Shown here piece after piece: positions 1-14,469 of a stretch of 64,000 nucleotides of DNA (the stretch's first letter is position 1; each line of letters begins with the position of its first letter). Under the pieces are notes generated by a model. That model searched no databases. It was not told where the DNA came from and worked only from the letters and a program-made list of their open reading frames with translations. Position numbers and translations under genes: made by a program. This stretch comes from Bugula neritina (lineage: Eukaryota; Animalia; Bryozoa): assembly GCA_964035545.1 (NCBI GenBank), contig OZ037769.1, positions 10,136,633-10,200,632 on the forward strand, read 5' to 3'.

Positions 1-982
1 TAGCATGACCAGTGTGTTTTTATCATAAGGGCACTAGAGAACACAACAAGTCTACCATTAAACATAATTGTGGCCAGTATAATATACTCCTTCCAGTAAG
101 CTAACGTGGCACTAATGGACTTTTAAAGAGAAATAAATGAAGCATTGCAACATTAATCTGTTAGACACTCTGTCCCACAACTTCAGCACTTGGAGGCTAA
201 TATACATAAATCAAAGTGACAGATTTTATATAATGGAGATGATTTTAAAATAATCCAGATACTTAAATTAAGATTAGTCAACAACACAAATGGTAAGGTA
301 AGCATACAGAATGGTGGCTGAAGTGATCACCACCAGCAGGACAATGGAAAACAAATAGGTGGGGAAACTGAGCATAATCTCCTGTTGACAGCTTTACAAC
401 CCCACAGCAACTCTGAAACTCAATGCTATAGTCCAACACTAGATGGGTTCCTAAGTCTTACAGCACAACATATTAAAGAGACCCAGTGCAGACATACCAG
501 ATGTGGAGCAGCCAGCGTCAGCCTCCATGCCCCATATTTGAGAGATGAAGGGGTTAGTGTCTGCAGTAGGATATGGCAACTGGTGGACAGTGCTAGGGTG
601 TGCTTGTGATGGGCCAGGCAGCATTGTTATCTCAGTAGGCCACAAGTCAACATCTACAAAGGGAGTGAGACATAGTAAATGATTCACTTGTCATTGTGTG
701 AGTCACTGCGAATCTTTTGTGGGCAGACACTGTACTATAATAGTCATATGACTCAAGTATATACACTCAACCACTGCATTTCCCCTCGTACACTGCACTT
801 CAAGTAATATAGCTGGTAAACCAAGTATGATGAATTGGTGAAGGTGTATAGAATTCCTATTGGTGCAAGCACGATGCAATAGCTGAACAGTTAGAATAAG
901 GAAGCAACTGAACCATCTAGAGAGGATTATTATAAAAGAGTAGTAGTAGACAGCTGGACAGAGAGGGGAGAGGTAACAATAC

Positions 983-1683
983 CTGGTGGAATGTTGGGTT
1001 GGTCAGCTGTTTGCACAATCATGTCAGCACTATTGTAGTTGGCTTGCTGAGGTTGTATTAGAGGAATATTATTCTGCTGTACTTGTTTCATCTGACAGGA
1101 CATATCAGGTGCCTGCATGTCTCCCAGGAGATAGTCTAACTCAGCAAGCTCTACCAACTCCTTACTCAGGTCCGTCTCTTCACTGAATGTACACAGTGAC
1201 TGAGAGGATGCGGAAGGATCAGGAATTCGCTCCCCCGTCTCTTCATCAATAATGAATCTTTTTGTTTCCTGCAAATTAGCAGCAGAATAATGAATAAACC
1301 ACACTCATGCCAAGCACCATTGTCATTTAACTTTTACATACAAATTATAGAAAATGTTCACCAAATTACAAAAAACATGTATTTCTAAAACGAACACAGT
1401 GAAATAAAAACAGTGAAATCAGTAAATTTTTCTTGAGGACTTCCTGTTGTGAGGTCACTATTTTAAGAAGTAATTCTAGCAAATCCATGCAGATTCAGAA
1501 ATCTCTAAACAAGCCCACAGCAACGCTTACTTGTTGGGCATGTCTCTTTTTGAGTTCTTGAAGCTTATTTTGTTCAGCCTCTTGTTTCTTAACATGCTGT
1601 TCTCTAAGGACTGGATCGTAGAAGTATCTGTCCACTCCCATATCCACATCTTGATCCCAGAGCATGTCCACAAAGCTATCCAT
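983..1683 (-). CDS. NFE2L2: Nrf2/CncC (CNC-bZIP) family transcription factor, N-terminal Neh2 exons: 1531-1683 (DLG motif) and ~983-1268 (ETGE motif). A probable further exon lies at ~499-653. No bZIP exon was recognised inside the window.
   Basis: MDSFVDMLWDQDVDMGVDRYFYD matches the Nrf2 DILWRQDIDLGV motif. Donor CAA|gtaagc at 1530 joins in phase 0 to acceptor tttgcag|GAA at 1268, giving ETKRFIIDEETGERIP. The downstream donor CCAG|gtattg (~982) is inferred. Confidence 0.85.
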
Positions 1684-2639
1684 CTTGTTATCTGTTGACT
1701 ATGTAAATACAAAAACCAGGATACTGGGGGTTCACTTTGTAGTAGGCTAAGCTATGTGTTTTATAAATACGGAACTAAAAAACTATCATTTTATAATACA
1801 AGAAAACCTGAAATGGGACATAAGGCAAATGTTCATGCTTAAAAACATGTAAAAATATTATAAAAAAGACTGTGTAAGTAAATAACAATGCTAATACAAT
1901 ATAAACATAAAGCTTAAAAATCATTATGTTATTAAACGAACATCGAAAATTGAAGCTTGGAAAACCTAGATTGAAATAAGTACAAAATTGCAAAAAGACA
2001 AATTTTATCCCAGAACAGTGAGTCTCCAGCAAAAATAATTTCTATTCTTTGCATAAAGATTGTAACAATCCAAAGTAGCAGCAGAAGGTATTTCAACTAA
2101 TCTTTTTACTAAATCTTCAAATGTATTTAAAATAATTGAAATACCCCCAGAAAAAGTTTTTTTCAACTGTTTATCTGAACTAACATATTTTAAAACTAAA
2201 TTTAAACATATCAATAACATAACATAACATGGTTTTAAAAATTATTAAGTGAATTCTGAGTTGTGAATATTACAGTCAGAATTGTTTATATTAGTTGGAA
2301 CTACAATGGTAATAGCAAGTAAACAGTGAAGCATAGCAAATGAATACTTCATAAAGTTAACTACTATTATTAATTAAATTAAACTAAATAGGAGATTAAA
2401 CCTAATCTATGCCTATATTATATTTTATTACTTATACTTGTAGTAATCAAAACAATAGTTATAAGTATAAACGTGCCTGTAACTATAACACTTGAGATTA
2501 CATTTATCGGACATATCAATCTAAGATTTTATTTACAATTTATAACTATAAGATAATTAATAAATCATGAACCACATTAAAATTTGAATTGTGTACTTTT
2601 TAGCTATGAATGTCAATGTGATTTAAAGTAGTAGCTTTA

Positions 2640-4500
2640 GCTAGTGATAATCACACTATTAACATAACTATAAATAAGCTATTGGGTAGTTACTACTAGG
2701 ATGATGATTATTATTATTATCAGTAGAGATATAACTATAAGAATAACTTTACGCATTTAATATAACTATATAGGCACATGGCATATAACTTATAGTTATA
2801 ACTATAAAGCTATAATAAGAACTAGTGCTATTTATTTATAATATTATGATTGCTACAAGTATAAAAACAGATAATTTTAAGACAATAGATATATTGATAC
2901 TTTTCTTTGAATTACTGTTAGGCTTGTTGTTGCAATGATTAAAACTTAATATTCTATCACTATTTGTATTACTAATATTATTACTTACTGATGTTATGAT
3001 GGCTATTAATACTAGATAGAGTAATACTTCCATATTAATTTCTATTTTGTGATGATGTACGATTATGATTATCAACATGAGTACAACTAAAAGTATGATA
3101 TCAAGTATCAGTATAACTATCAGTATGAATATGAGTATTAGTATCACTATGTTTCAAATTACTAATTAGAATAACAATGGGATTCATTTTGGTAGTGGTT
3201 ATACTTATAATAACCAATATCATGCTTAACTATAAGTTCATGTCACGAACTTCAATTTGACTATTTTTTAATTTAGAGATCTGTGCTCCTGATACTAAGA
3301 CTTAAACCTAAATTTAAAATTGAAGTACTTGGGTTAGATATCTTCATATTCACTGCTTATTGATATCAATATTTATATTGGATTCAAAATCAAAATGAAT
3401 ACCAATGACGATAGTAATACTCATACTGATACTGATAGTCACTTGTAGTAAATTTATAAATTACTGATGTTTATATTAATATTTATTTATAGTAAAATTA
3501 AAAATAAATAATATTGATTATGAATATCATATTAATATTCCTTATCACTATCAGTTAATTTGAATTCAATACAACATCAATATTAATATATTGCATGAAT
3601 ACGAAGATGAAAAATGAAGATCAACGCGTTATAGTCATACTAATAAAGTTATACTAATACTTATGGACAGTCATGGTCATACGAATATTCATAGTCATAC
3701 CCATAGCCATATTCTCAGTATCAAATTCAATATCATACTAATACTTCATAGTGATGGTATTCAGACTCGTGGTGATGGTGATAGTCATTGTGAATATCAA
3801 AGGCAAGTATATAAATAGTAAATACACATAATATCAATATGACTATCATTATCAATATGAATGAAAATGACTAGAAGTAGAAGTATAACTTATTACATTT
3901 AGATTTACTATAACTAATAGTAATAGTAATAGTAATACTATAACATTAACTATAAGTATAACTATAACATTAACACTATTAGTATTAGTCTATTACTATT
4001 AGACTTAGTATTAGTATAAGTATTACTATTTCTATTACAGTATTAGTATTACTAAAAGTAAAAGTTTTAGTATAACTATAACTATTAGTATTAATAAACT
4101 ATTGTCTATAACTTAAACTAAAACTATAAGTATAACTATAACTATAAGTATAACTTACTCTTACTCATACTCATAGTCAATGTCATAGTCACACTGATAA
4201 TCATAATCTTATTCAAACTTATAGTTATACTCATTAAGTTATAGTTATTCATATTGATAATTGTTAATTTTACATTTACTAGTACTAGTAGTACAACTAA
4301 AACATGAAGTTGAACAGTAGTGAGTAGACGACAGTAGACGTATCCCGTACTCGTAGTTCAACTTCAAGTTCAAGTTAAAGTTGTACCTACGCCTACGGTT
4401 ATTACTAACCCTAACAGTAACTAGTACTACGTCTACTAGCTAGTAATTGTTGTTATTACGACTATTAGTATTAGTAGTAGCTAGTGTTACTGTTTTGGAG
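2640..4500. repeat. Cryptically simple 3/6-bp periodic AT-rich tract
   Basis: Mosaic of tagtaa/tactaa/tataac/tcatag/tgatag hexamers. Confidence 0.75.
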
Positions 4501-4553
4501 TAACTGTAGCCTTTAAGCATATGCCATTAGTTTTACAGTATGGCGTCTCTTAC

Positions 4554-4760
4554 CCCGTTCACTATTCCGCTTTCTACTCACTACGTCTACTGGCACTAGT
4601 GATATTTTTCCTCTACTATACTGATATTCCAGGCACAAACATTCTTTTGTAAATTCGCTCTCTGGGAGCGCTTCGAGATAGAACACGGTTTTAATGGTTA
4701 TTTTCTAAATGGTTCAAACAATGCCGTCAAACGCGGCAATGTCCACGTGCTACAACATAA
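4554..4760 (-). promoter_or_regulatory. Candidate non-coding first exon/promoter of the Nrf2-like gene, with a short uORF (4616-4642, MFVPGISV*)
   Basis: CpG-retaining island in CpG-poor DNA, ending in a strong donor GGG|gtaaga at 4553 on the minus strand. Confidence 0.35.
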
Positions 4761-4966
4761 TAATTATAAGTTTTTTACATTATAATATCTCAGAAAGGCT
4801 ATTATATGAAAGCAAACTGTTGACTGATCAGCCAATTATAAATAACTTTGATGTTTTCGAAATCAAGCAGTTGCTTTAGTACCATTTTATATTAACATAA
4901 ACTGAAAATTGCATGTACTTGTATACTAACTAGTTAACACTGACATTTTTTGTCTACAGTTTACAC

Positions 4967-5256
4967 CAGGGATGTCCAACAGGCGGCCCTCAAAGGCATA
5001 ACAAATAGAATTATTTTGTACAGTATACATGAGTTAGAGTGAAAAACCACACTTTAAATGTCTTATTTATATACATGCTACAAAACATACAGTCTGCAGA
5101 AATTATTGAGACTTCATTCATAGGAATTTGAAATAAAGTAATTTGAAAAATACGGATGCTGTAGCCCCCAGCATAAACTAAAGTTTACAATGCGGTCCTA
5201 GCCACCTGAATATTCTCTTTCCGCGGCCTTTGCTTTGAAAAGGTTGGACACCCCTG
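4967..5256. mobile_element. hAT (Charlie-like) MITE, 290 bp
   Basis: TIRs cagggatgtccaac / gttggacacccctg; degenerate 8-bp TSD gtttacac / gtcaacac. Confidence 0.75.
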
Positions 5257-5314
5257 GTCAACACTGTCTTCTTCAAAGATGTGTTGCATTCTATGTCTCT
5301 TTTATACTATAGAC

Positions 5315-5545
5315 CAGGGGTGGGCAACTTCTTGTGCATGAGGGCCAAGTTCAGAAGTCAGCCAAAACGAAATGTCACATAATAATAGTAGTAGACATAA
5401 CAGTAATACACATATTAAAATATGTTATATAATAAAGTAATTTGTCACCAAACCTATTCTATGCTAATCAGAGTGCACATACAAAACATGCTTTACCCAT
5501 CTTGGTCATTAAAAGGACCACTGAAAAATGGGCAGAGGGCAGCTG
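5315..5545 (+). mobile_element. Left part of a hAT-type non-autonomous element; a second copy starts at 39833
   Basis: caggggtgggcaacttc...gttcagaagtcagccaaaacgaa recurs at 39833-39897, and cattaaaagg.ccac recurs at ~42848. The right end was not found. Confidence 0.55.
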
Positions 5546-6969
5546 GTAAAAATGTGCAACCATCTTTAATGACAATTTATGAGAAGTTAAATCAATTAAT
5601 TTTCTTCAGTTAGTTTATTCCAGTCGAAAATTTGGTAAATTATGCTAGATTAATATTTTGCACTTTTTGATTGAGGAGCAAATTTTTCAGAATTGTGCAT
5701 TCATGAATTTTAAATATATATAGTCAAATATAACAAACTTTTGAATTAATACTACAGGCAAACTAGCTTTGCATACACAACATTATTTTTCTCTGGAAAA
5801 ATCTAAATGCAAAACTAACACTCCCCTCCCCTTGCCATGGGGTATGTATGACAATAGTATGTATGTACATATACTATTGTTTAATAATGCAAACAATTAG
5901 GTAAAGAGTGTATAATATTGGGCTTTTTTTGTAAATTTTAGGAAATTTTACAATGCATGAAAAATGGTTGAAGAAACCTTGTTGAAGAGTAAGTTATATA
6001 AATGATTAAATAATACAACAAGAATTATTATTTTTTCACCAATTAATATTATGTTTCATTAAGCTTCTGAATTACAAAAATCCATTTTGAAACTTGTATA
6101 GCATATTAGTACATTCTAGTTATAATTTGGTCATGCATATAGGTACTCTGCATAACTACATGCAGTCATAAATAATGCACAATATGGTTTGTTAGTTCTT
6201 GTAATTATACATAAAGTAAATGCCTGGTATATCCTATAAATACACCCACTTTTAGTACCTAATATATAAGATTAATCTGGGGAGATAAAAACTACCCTAT
6301 ATTATAATTATAATAGGCTGGTAAAGTGCTGCTGCTTAAAAGTAGCTCTCATCAAGCAGAAAACCCTGAGAAGTCGATTTAAATAACGCAGCAAGTCAAT
6401 TCTTTTAGTAGGAAGATTACAATTCTAAATAACAGTACTTTTTATAGGCAGTGTCTGGTGTAAAAATAATAATATTATATATAGTAGATTATAGAGCGGA
6501 TTTATAGATCGCGATTTATAATCGATGCGTTGAGTCGCACTGATGATGCGGATCAATGACTTTAATAGCGGGTACTTTTTTCATATTATTTTTGTCAAAA
6601 TCGTGCCTGAGCGTGACTTTAAGGATATAGTTTGAAGCAACGCAGAGTTTATAGTCACTGAGTGCAGTCGTTAGGTATCGAAGTTGGAACTAGAGGTCTA
6701 AAGATTTATACAAAAATTTGCACTTCATGCTGCATTTAGCGGTTATCAACCCAAGAAATGCAGCTTGTGTAGGCAATTTTGATCTTCCATTGGTGTTTCA
6801 AGTCCTTTTGTATCGCATATTAATATTTTATAACACCTCTAACTTTCTATGTCTAAGCGTTTAGGTGTTTTATAAAAATTATCAAATTGAATACACTGGC
6901 CGTTTCGGTTTATCATTATGATTTGAGATATCTTACCAAATCTACTTCGTCTTTTAGCCCTTGGCTAAG

Positions 6970-7560
6970 CTAATACTAATAGTAATACTAATACTAATAG
7001 TAATAGTAATACTAATAGTAATACTAATAGTAATAGTAATACTGAGTAATAATTATAGTAAATAGTAATACTAATAGTAATTTAAATTACACTTAGTGAC
7101 TTACTCTAACTCTTACTCTTAATCTTACAGTTACTCTTACTTTTAGTTTTAGTCACTTACTCTCAGTCTTACTCTTAGACTTAGAGTTAGTGACTTACTT
7201 ACTCGATACTTACTCGACGTCCATAGTACATTCTGGATCACAAATTGTGCAAAAAAAAGAATGCCTCTACATTTACAGTAACACTAACTGTTAGACTTAG
7301 TCACTAACTTAGTGTTAGTCTGTTACTGTTAGTGTTGGTGTTACACTTACTGTTAGTGTTGGTGTTAATGTTACTGTGCTGGTGTTAGTCTTACTTTTAG
7401 TTTTACACTTACACTTTGACTTTACAGTTACTCTTACTCTTAGTTTTAGTGACTCACACTTACAGTTGGCCATAATATTCTAATTCATTTTCATATTGAT
7501 AAACTTGCAAATAATCATGAAATGATAATCATAATGATAGTGATAATGATAAAAAACTGT
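6970..7560. repeat. 3/6-bp periodic AT-rich tract
   Basis: Runs of tactaa/tagtaa, ttactc and ttagtg. Confidence 0.7.
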
Positions 7561-7869
7561 CAGTGTCATTAAAATTAAAATTGACCGTTCTACTTAATTT
7601 TATAGTTTATTATTCATGTTTATACTAAAAGTAAATGAATAATTTAATAAACAATCATGAGTTAATCTCCTAGTTATTCACGTCTCTGTCATGTAATTGT
7701 TTAACTTGAAGTCATTATATCAGGTGATAATATAATTATTTCTATGACTGACCTTGTAACTCACTTGGGTGGACATAGAACACTCAAAATCAACTTGTCA
7801 TTGTGGTACAGTGTTTGTTCAGTGTAGCAGTGACAGTTGCCTATTGTTGAGTGTTATGTGACCCCAGCT

Positions 7870-9370
7870 TAAGGTCCCTGCTCGGAACGAAGCTGTTGTA
7901 ATATATCCGACTCGATGCATATATTGAAGTTGGTTCTCCTCTGTTTGCAGTTCGTGTTATCAAAGTCGTTTGGCTTCTACTGTTAACCAGGTCACCATAT
8001 GCTGAGGCAAGGGTCGGTGCCTGGTTTCATCTGAGGGTATTCTCATCAGTAATGACAGCCAGTGTGACTTTAGTCTTTCATTTAGTGGTTTAAGCTCTAG
8101 TTGCATTCGACCTTCAGTTATTCCACGCTTACCCTTGATGTTTTTGATAAAGTGAATTACTTAAGACCGTACATGTTCAATAGCATCACAAGTGTTATTT
8201 CAGCTGGGTCCCAAAGGGTATCACCGTATTCAAGGAGTGGTTGGCAGAAACTAGTATACACAAGCAACTTGCCTTTCTTGGTCGCATCAGGCAGAGTGTA
8301 TTTTATACAGCCAATAATTTCAGTTGCGCTCTTGATTTTAGATGTTATATGTTTCTCAAACTTCAAGTTTGATTGCATTTTTACACTCAACACATTCAAG
8401 AGGAGTGTTATTGAGGGAGTATCTTGAATTTGCAGACGGCCCTTTGCTAAATGTAATAACTTCACACCTATCACGATCAGTTTTAAATAGCATGTTCCAC
8501 TTCGTAGACCAATCATGCAATGTGTCAATATTTTTCTGAAAGTTGTATTTATCTTCGTCGTTGTTAACCTCTGAGTACAGTAGGACGTCATCAACATACA
8601 GACTAACACCACATGTTACAGCTTCTGGCAGATCATTTATGTATAGGAGAAACAATATGAGCTTCAGTACTAAGCCTTAGGGCACCCCTGAGGTAACCAC
8701 CAAGTCTGATGATAGCGTTCCTCGCACTACAACCTTCTGGGCTCTCTGAGCAAGAAAACTATGAATCTAATTCACAATGTGTAGATTTATGCTGCCAATA
8801 CTCCGAGTCATTTGCGTCAGTCGATTATGAGGCACTTTGTCAAATGCCTTCCGAAAGCCCAAAACAGCACCATGCACTGTTGAGCCACTTTTTTAAATTT
8901 AGCCAAGTCATGGTATGTAGGACATAATTGGGTTTCGCACCTGAGGCCCTTTCTGAACCCGTGTTGCAGGTTATACAGTTCATTGTCCAGTGTTTCAATG
9001 AGGTAGTGTAGTACAATATTTTTCAGCATTTTGCAATAATAACTATTAATTATATTAATTAAATAATTTGATAGTCTGTGAGGGTTGGTATGCTTATGAC
9101 TTTACATAGATCTATTGTTCTTCATTTATCCATGACCAGTATTGTACCATTATTAACCCTGCGGCTACAAGACTAGCCATGTACTCTCCATTAATTGTTC
9201 AATCGTCTGCACCATAAGAAAGGTTTGGCTTTAGCCATAAAATATCTGTCATGTTTATGATGTTTGTTGGGACAGTTTCATCTTCAATGGGCATTGGGAA
9301 AATAGTTTGGTTGGTTATGGCAAATTGGCTGTTGAAATATTGGTTTTTCTGCCTGGCGGTGTTGCCTAGT
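7870..9370 (-). mobile_element. Degenerate non-LTR retrotransposon (CR1/L2-group LINE) reverse-transcriptase fragment
   Basis: Frameshifted RT motifs QHGFRKGLRCETQL, GVPxG, FLLYINDLP..SLYVDDVLLY and YTSFCQPLLEY..WDP across ORFs 8157-9029. Confidence 0.85.
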
Positions 9371-10320
9371 ACTAAAGGCTATGATTTTTCATAATAAAAT
9401 ATTAGATGCAAATTGAGTCTCATATTGTTGAATCTGATTATCTTCTACACTACTGACAATTTGATAAGCAAAGAAGCCAGGCTGTGGTAAAGATCATCCT
9501 GAGAGCAAGAAATTGAATCTGACTTTGAATGATGATTCCTTTCGAATATGGGGGTTTATCTGAATGATTGATGTCTGCTTCTTGTAGTCTAATTGTAATA
9601 CAAAATATGGATAGACTTTTATTGCAATATAAAAGAAATTTAGACTGTAACTACAGTTCTGTGTGCCATTGAAACTCCATAAAGGGATTTTCTGTGGAAT
9701 ATTTAAAATTTGGAGGTGGCTATAAAGTTTTCGAAAAACTTTGATTTTTTTACTGTATTGTTATTTTACTTTTAAAAAGTATGTGTGAAACAAAATTATA
9801 TTTTAAATACTCAATGGCATAGACCACAGTTGAAGTGAAAGAATGAATGGCTACATTGTAATAATTTCAATAATTGTTCTAAGTTGCTTGTTGCAAGCGT
9901 TATTTGCTCAAACCTTTCTAATTATAGCTGGTTTGCAACAGTGGTGTAATATGGTTTTGACTTGCAAGACACTAGCATAATTGTTCGGACAATGTGCTGA
10001 ATTTAAAGAAGGCATTGGCTATAACTCCATATTTGATTTATTGAAAGTCAAAAGAGTCATAAAATACTTCATATTTTAATTAAGAAGTTATGCAAGTTGA
10101 TAATATTTAGTATTAAATTGCCTTCACCATAATATAGTCCTCTAAGTACTGTAGAAATATATAGATTATTGTTAGTTATTTTACTCAGGCCTAAAGTTTA
10201 CTATTTTGCAGCACAGTTTATTCTCTTTTGCCTCAATTTGGTTCAACTAATTTGTTGCTTCAATTGTAGATTGGGAATTATCTGACCAGGTCAATTGGTT
10301 TTATAAGAATTAGATTCGCC

Positions 10321-12517
10321 ATGGCTTGGCTTGGCTGCAAAAAGTTATTGAATAAATTGTTGCTTCCAGCTACTACTGCTAAAAGGCCTCTTGGGATAGG
10401 TACTAGGGCTATTACAGGAGTAAACTTCACGAGATCATCAGTCCAAATAAAACAATACACCAGTTTCCCCAAAGATTGTATTTCTCATTTCTGTTATAAA
10501 AATCATCCTCTAACATCAACCCCACATGCATCATTGACTTTGCGGTATTGCTCATCAAGTAAGCACAACAATGTAGGGGACACAAATGTGGATGAAACGA
10601 AGTTGACTGTCATGCAGAGGTTTACGCAAGTGTACAAAGAATATGGAAAAACCTTGATTTTAGTTCATGTAGCCAGTTCCATTGTGTGGTATGGAGGATT
10701 TTATGTTCTTGCAAAAAGGTAAATTGATGTACGTGGATTATGTTATCCTTTTACCTGTATTAATCTTTGAAAGTTCTCAAGTTACATTTGTATAATGATT
10801 ACTGCTATTGATATGATTTAGTGGCATTGATCTTCTTCCGTTATTGGTGAAGCTTGGATTGAGTGAAGCATTGCAGCAGAAGTATCTACTGGCAGGCGAC
10901 TTTGTTGTTGCCTATATAATCTATGAGCTCACCAAACCAGTCCGCTATCTCTTCACCCTAGCCGCCACCAGACAAACTGTGAGATATATGAGAAAAATAG
11001 GGTACGATTATTGACGCTAACCTGTATTGTGAGAATTATTCAATTGCATTACAAATTGTACATTTTCTTCTGATAATGGTATCTAAGTTGTGTTGTAAAA
11101 CATTTATTTTTTAATTGGTTTTATTTATGAGCTTATTCCGTTCTGTTACGGTGTTTCTGCATTTCTGTTTCTCTGGTATAATGTGAAACTGAATTAATTT
11201 ATTTGACTATAGTGTTGATGAAAAAATCAAAATTGCCATTTTTTAGATTGTTGTTTTTATTGTACATTCGAAGGCTCCATTCAGGAGATTCCTGTATGTG
11301 GTAATCCTTTAAAGGTCATATTCCTTCTTAGTGCTAACATTTCTGAGGCCATAATGTGCTAACTATGGTGTAATATATTAACAATTTTATAAAATTTGAA
11401 AAAAATTCAAATGTTTCAGATATTTACCCGAACTGAAACCTGAAGATAAATTGAGGAATCTTGCTAAAGATGGCAAAGACAATCTCAAAGACAAATATCA
11501 GGTAGATTACCAATGTCAACACATCAATTTTAAGAATATTTTTTCAAATAGTCATTTACTTTTATTAGGCTTCAATGGCCATAACATGATCTCAAGTTTC
11601 CTCTACATAAAACAGCTGAGAACTTTTAGTATTAATTTTGCTGTCTATAGAAAGGAATAGAAATACAATACGCATTTATACATTTCACCCTTAGTCCTAG
11701 GCAATCTCATCGCCTTTGCTTATGATGCAATTTATATATTTAAGTAGTTCAGTGAAAAGGTAGATTATTTAATTTTTTTAAAAAGGAACTTTTTTTGCTA
11801 ATATTTCGTACATATTTAAGCATACTCTGAACTAACCCTGCATAAATCAATTGCACATTTTGAAATTGTGCCATTTTAATGTTATGCTATTATATTAGGA
11901 GTATTCGTGAAAAAGCAATTCCCAATAATTTAAAGTTAGCATAATTTCTCTAGCAGTTGTCTATTGAGCAGGGGTCAGCATTGTGTTATGACAGATCTAA
12001 AAGTTGTTAAAATTAAGCCGTAGTGTGAGTATAATCCTGCTTTAGTTTTAAAAAGAAGAAATAATTCAACTGATTTTAATTGTAATGCCAATCTTTTTCA
12101 CTTTCAAATATGCCTATAATAGGTTCAACCGATACGCTTTGGGAGGGCACAACTCTTAATTATAAAGGAGATATTGGGACCTCTGAAAAGTGTCTATTAA
12201 TGTTTTACAAAATAACTCTTTCTTTCGGAGCTAAATTATTTCAAATTTTATGTAATATTTAGACTGTCTAATAGGCAAATTATTACCTGCTATTTTAGTT
12301 ACAATCCCTGCTATATTTCATATTCTAAACTTTAAAGGAACAAAAATATGACATGAAAGAGAAGTTACAAGAGCAGAGAGATAAATACAAGGAAAAATGG
12401 CACCACATCCGTAAACAAACTAAATTGAAGCGAGGGTTAGGCTCTCCTCTGCAAAAAAGTCAAGGACCACATCGACCCCCCAGGCCACGTAATGGCAGCA
12501 AATTTCGTGGGCACTAG
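10321..12517 (+). CDS. FAM210A: FAM210A-like (DUF1279) mitochondrial protein, 279 aa; exons 10321-10718, 10822-11001, 11420-11501, 12338-12517
   Basis: Basic N-terminal presequence; RFTQVYKEYGKTLILVHVASSIVWYGGFY-SGIDL...AYIIYELTKPVRY; C-terminal coiled coil. All introns are GT-AG with consistent phases (840 nt total). AATAAA at ~12650. Confidence 0.9.
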
Positions 12518-13440
12518 TTTTCAGCATTAGCCCACTGCTAGATTTTGTAATATTTTAAATTCATGTTAAATAATTATTTTGTATATTTTTCAAAGCCAGT
12601 TTTGTTATGTCGTGATTCCTATTCTTTTCCATCGAAGTGATGTATGATGAATAAATAAATCTGAATATTATTGTTACAATATACTATATAGCATTATAAG
12701 GACTGTCAAGTAGTAAGGAAAACAAAAAGTACATGAAATAAATAAAATCAAAGGAAAATCATTATGTTCAGAAGTTAAGTTTTATTAGATTACATTATGT
12801 GCAAGGTAGTAATTCATACAATTGTTTTAATTAAACAAAGAGATTTAAAAAAGAGTAATCAAAAATACAATTTTCACTCAATTCAAAAATTATGTCTTAT
12901 ATAACTGAAAAGTATGCGACTAGAAAACTATATAGAGCAACAAAAGCTGAGTTAGAGATTTATTAGAAAATGAACACTCATGTTTGGTGTACCATCAAGG
13001 TTAATGATTTATAGAAAACATATATCATTGCAAAATGTAAGTTCAGCACATGTTGATAATAGAAAATGTAATAGATATAAGAAATTATAACTTAACAGCC
13101 ATGCTACAAGACAGTTGCTACCTATACAAACATTTGAAAACAAAATAGGAATATTCTACAACTTTCTTATAACTTTGGTAACTGGAAATTCTCTGTTGAG
13201 TGCTAAAAGCTGAACAGTTTGTAATCGTCAAAGCTAAATTTCAGTTTACAACTTTATCAACAGACAAATCTAAAGCATTCTAACACTGCTTTGTGTTGAA
13301 GTAGAAAAAACAGGTTGCTTGTTTGCAGATAGCATTTGGTAAGTAGGAGTTGTCCCCTTTGAATGTCGTGCATAGTGTCCCTTTAAAATATGATTTAGAA
13401 TTCCACACCAAATGCCTACCAGTTTAAACCTGCTCTGTCG

Positions 13441-14413
13441 TCAACAAGCACACTTCCGAGATGATCCTCCATCATTGGTTAACCGAGTTCCTACAAGTGG
13501 AGCAGAGAATAGAAATGTCAATGAATTTTCCACATTCTAAAGATTTCATAACAGATAAAATGACTTATTTCGGTTTAATTTTAAATTTTTTAGCGTATCC
13601 TTTTAATTGTTATGCTTTAGTGGACACTAGTATAGTCTTAAAGTTTGTGACCTGATTTTGATTTAGTGAGAAATAATATTTATACTTCTAACATAACATT
13701 CTGAATTATACGCCTGCCCACAGATTATGAAAATTTCTCTTTTTTTAACTTAAGATTGCAATTGAAATAATACATTAGAAGAAACATTGCATACTACTTA
13801 TTTATATAAGTTACTCACAATATGTGCCTGTATTTTCTATTATACTGCAGTTGTTGATACGTATTGCAATAGAAAAATATAAATAATCCATATGCAGTAC
13901 CAGACAAATCAGTTATAAGAGATATCTCTTTTTATACACATTTCAAATTTTAACTTATTTAAAGTCTAAGGAGGGAAAAGCAAATTGAAGGTTAATTAAA
14001 TGTCTTTAAGAATTAACATACATTAAAAAATACTTTAACAAGATTGGGCTTTTGCATAATAGTAAACAACAGCCACAGAGATAGGATATTTGATATTCAT
14101 AGTATAAATGTCTGAGTGTCTACCCCAGAGTATGCTAAAGTATCATACAAAAATACATTTACATGATGTATACAGCGATTAGAGTTATATACTCAAGCTC
14201 ACGCAAACTCATGCAAGTTTATAATCGCTATCCCTGTGAGAAAACCCCTGATGGAAAGGGTTTTTGGTAAATTGAGCTAAGGACTTATTAAGATGAGTCA
14301 CAGGAGAAATTATGACTGGATGCTCTTCCTAACATCACCACTGACAAACCCATGACCTTCGTGCTTACTAGGCAAACGCTCTAACCTCTAGACCACGGCT
14401 GCTCCCTAATTAG

Positions 14414-14469
<56 letters not shown>

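Noticed and set aside
2836-3147. Hydrophobic membrane-protein-like ORFs (also 32241-32618)
   Set aside because: Artefacts of the 3/6-periodic low-complexity tracts.
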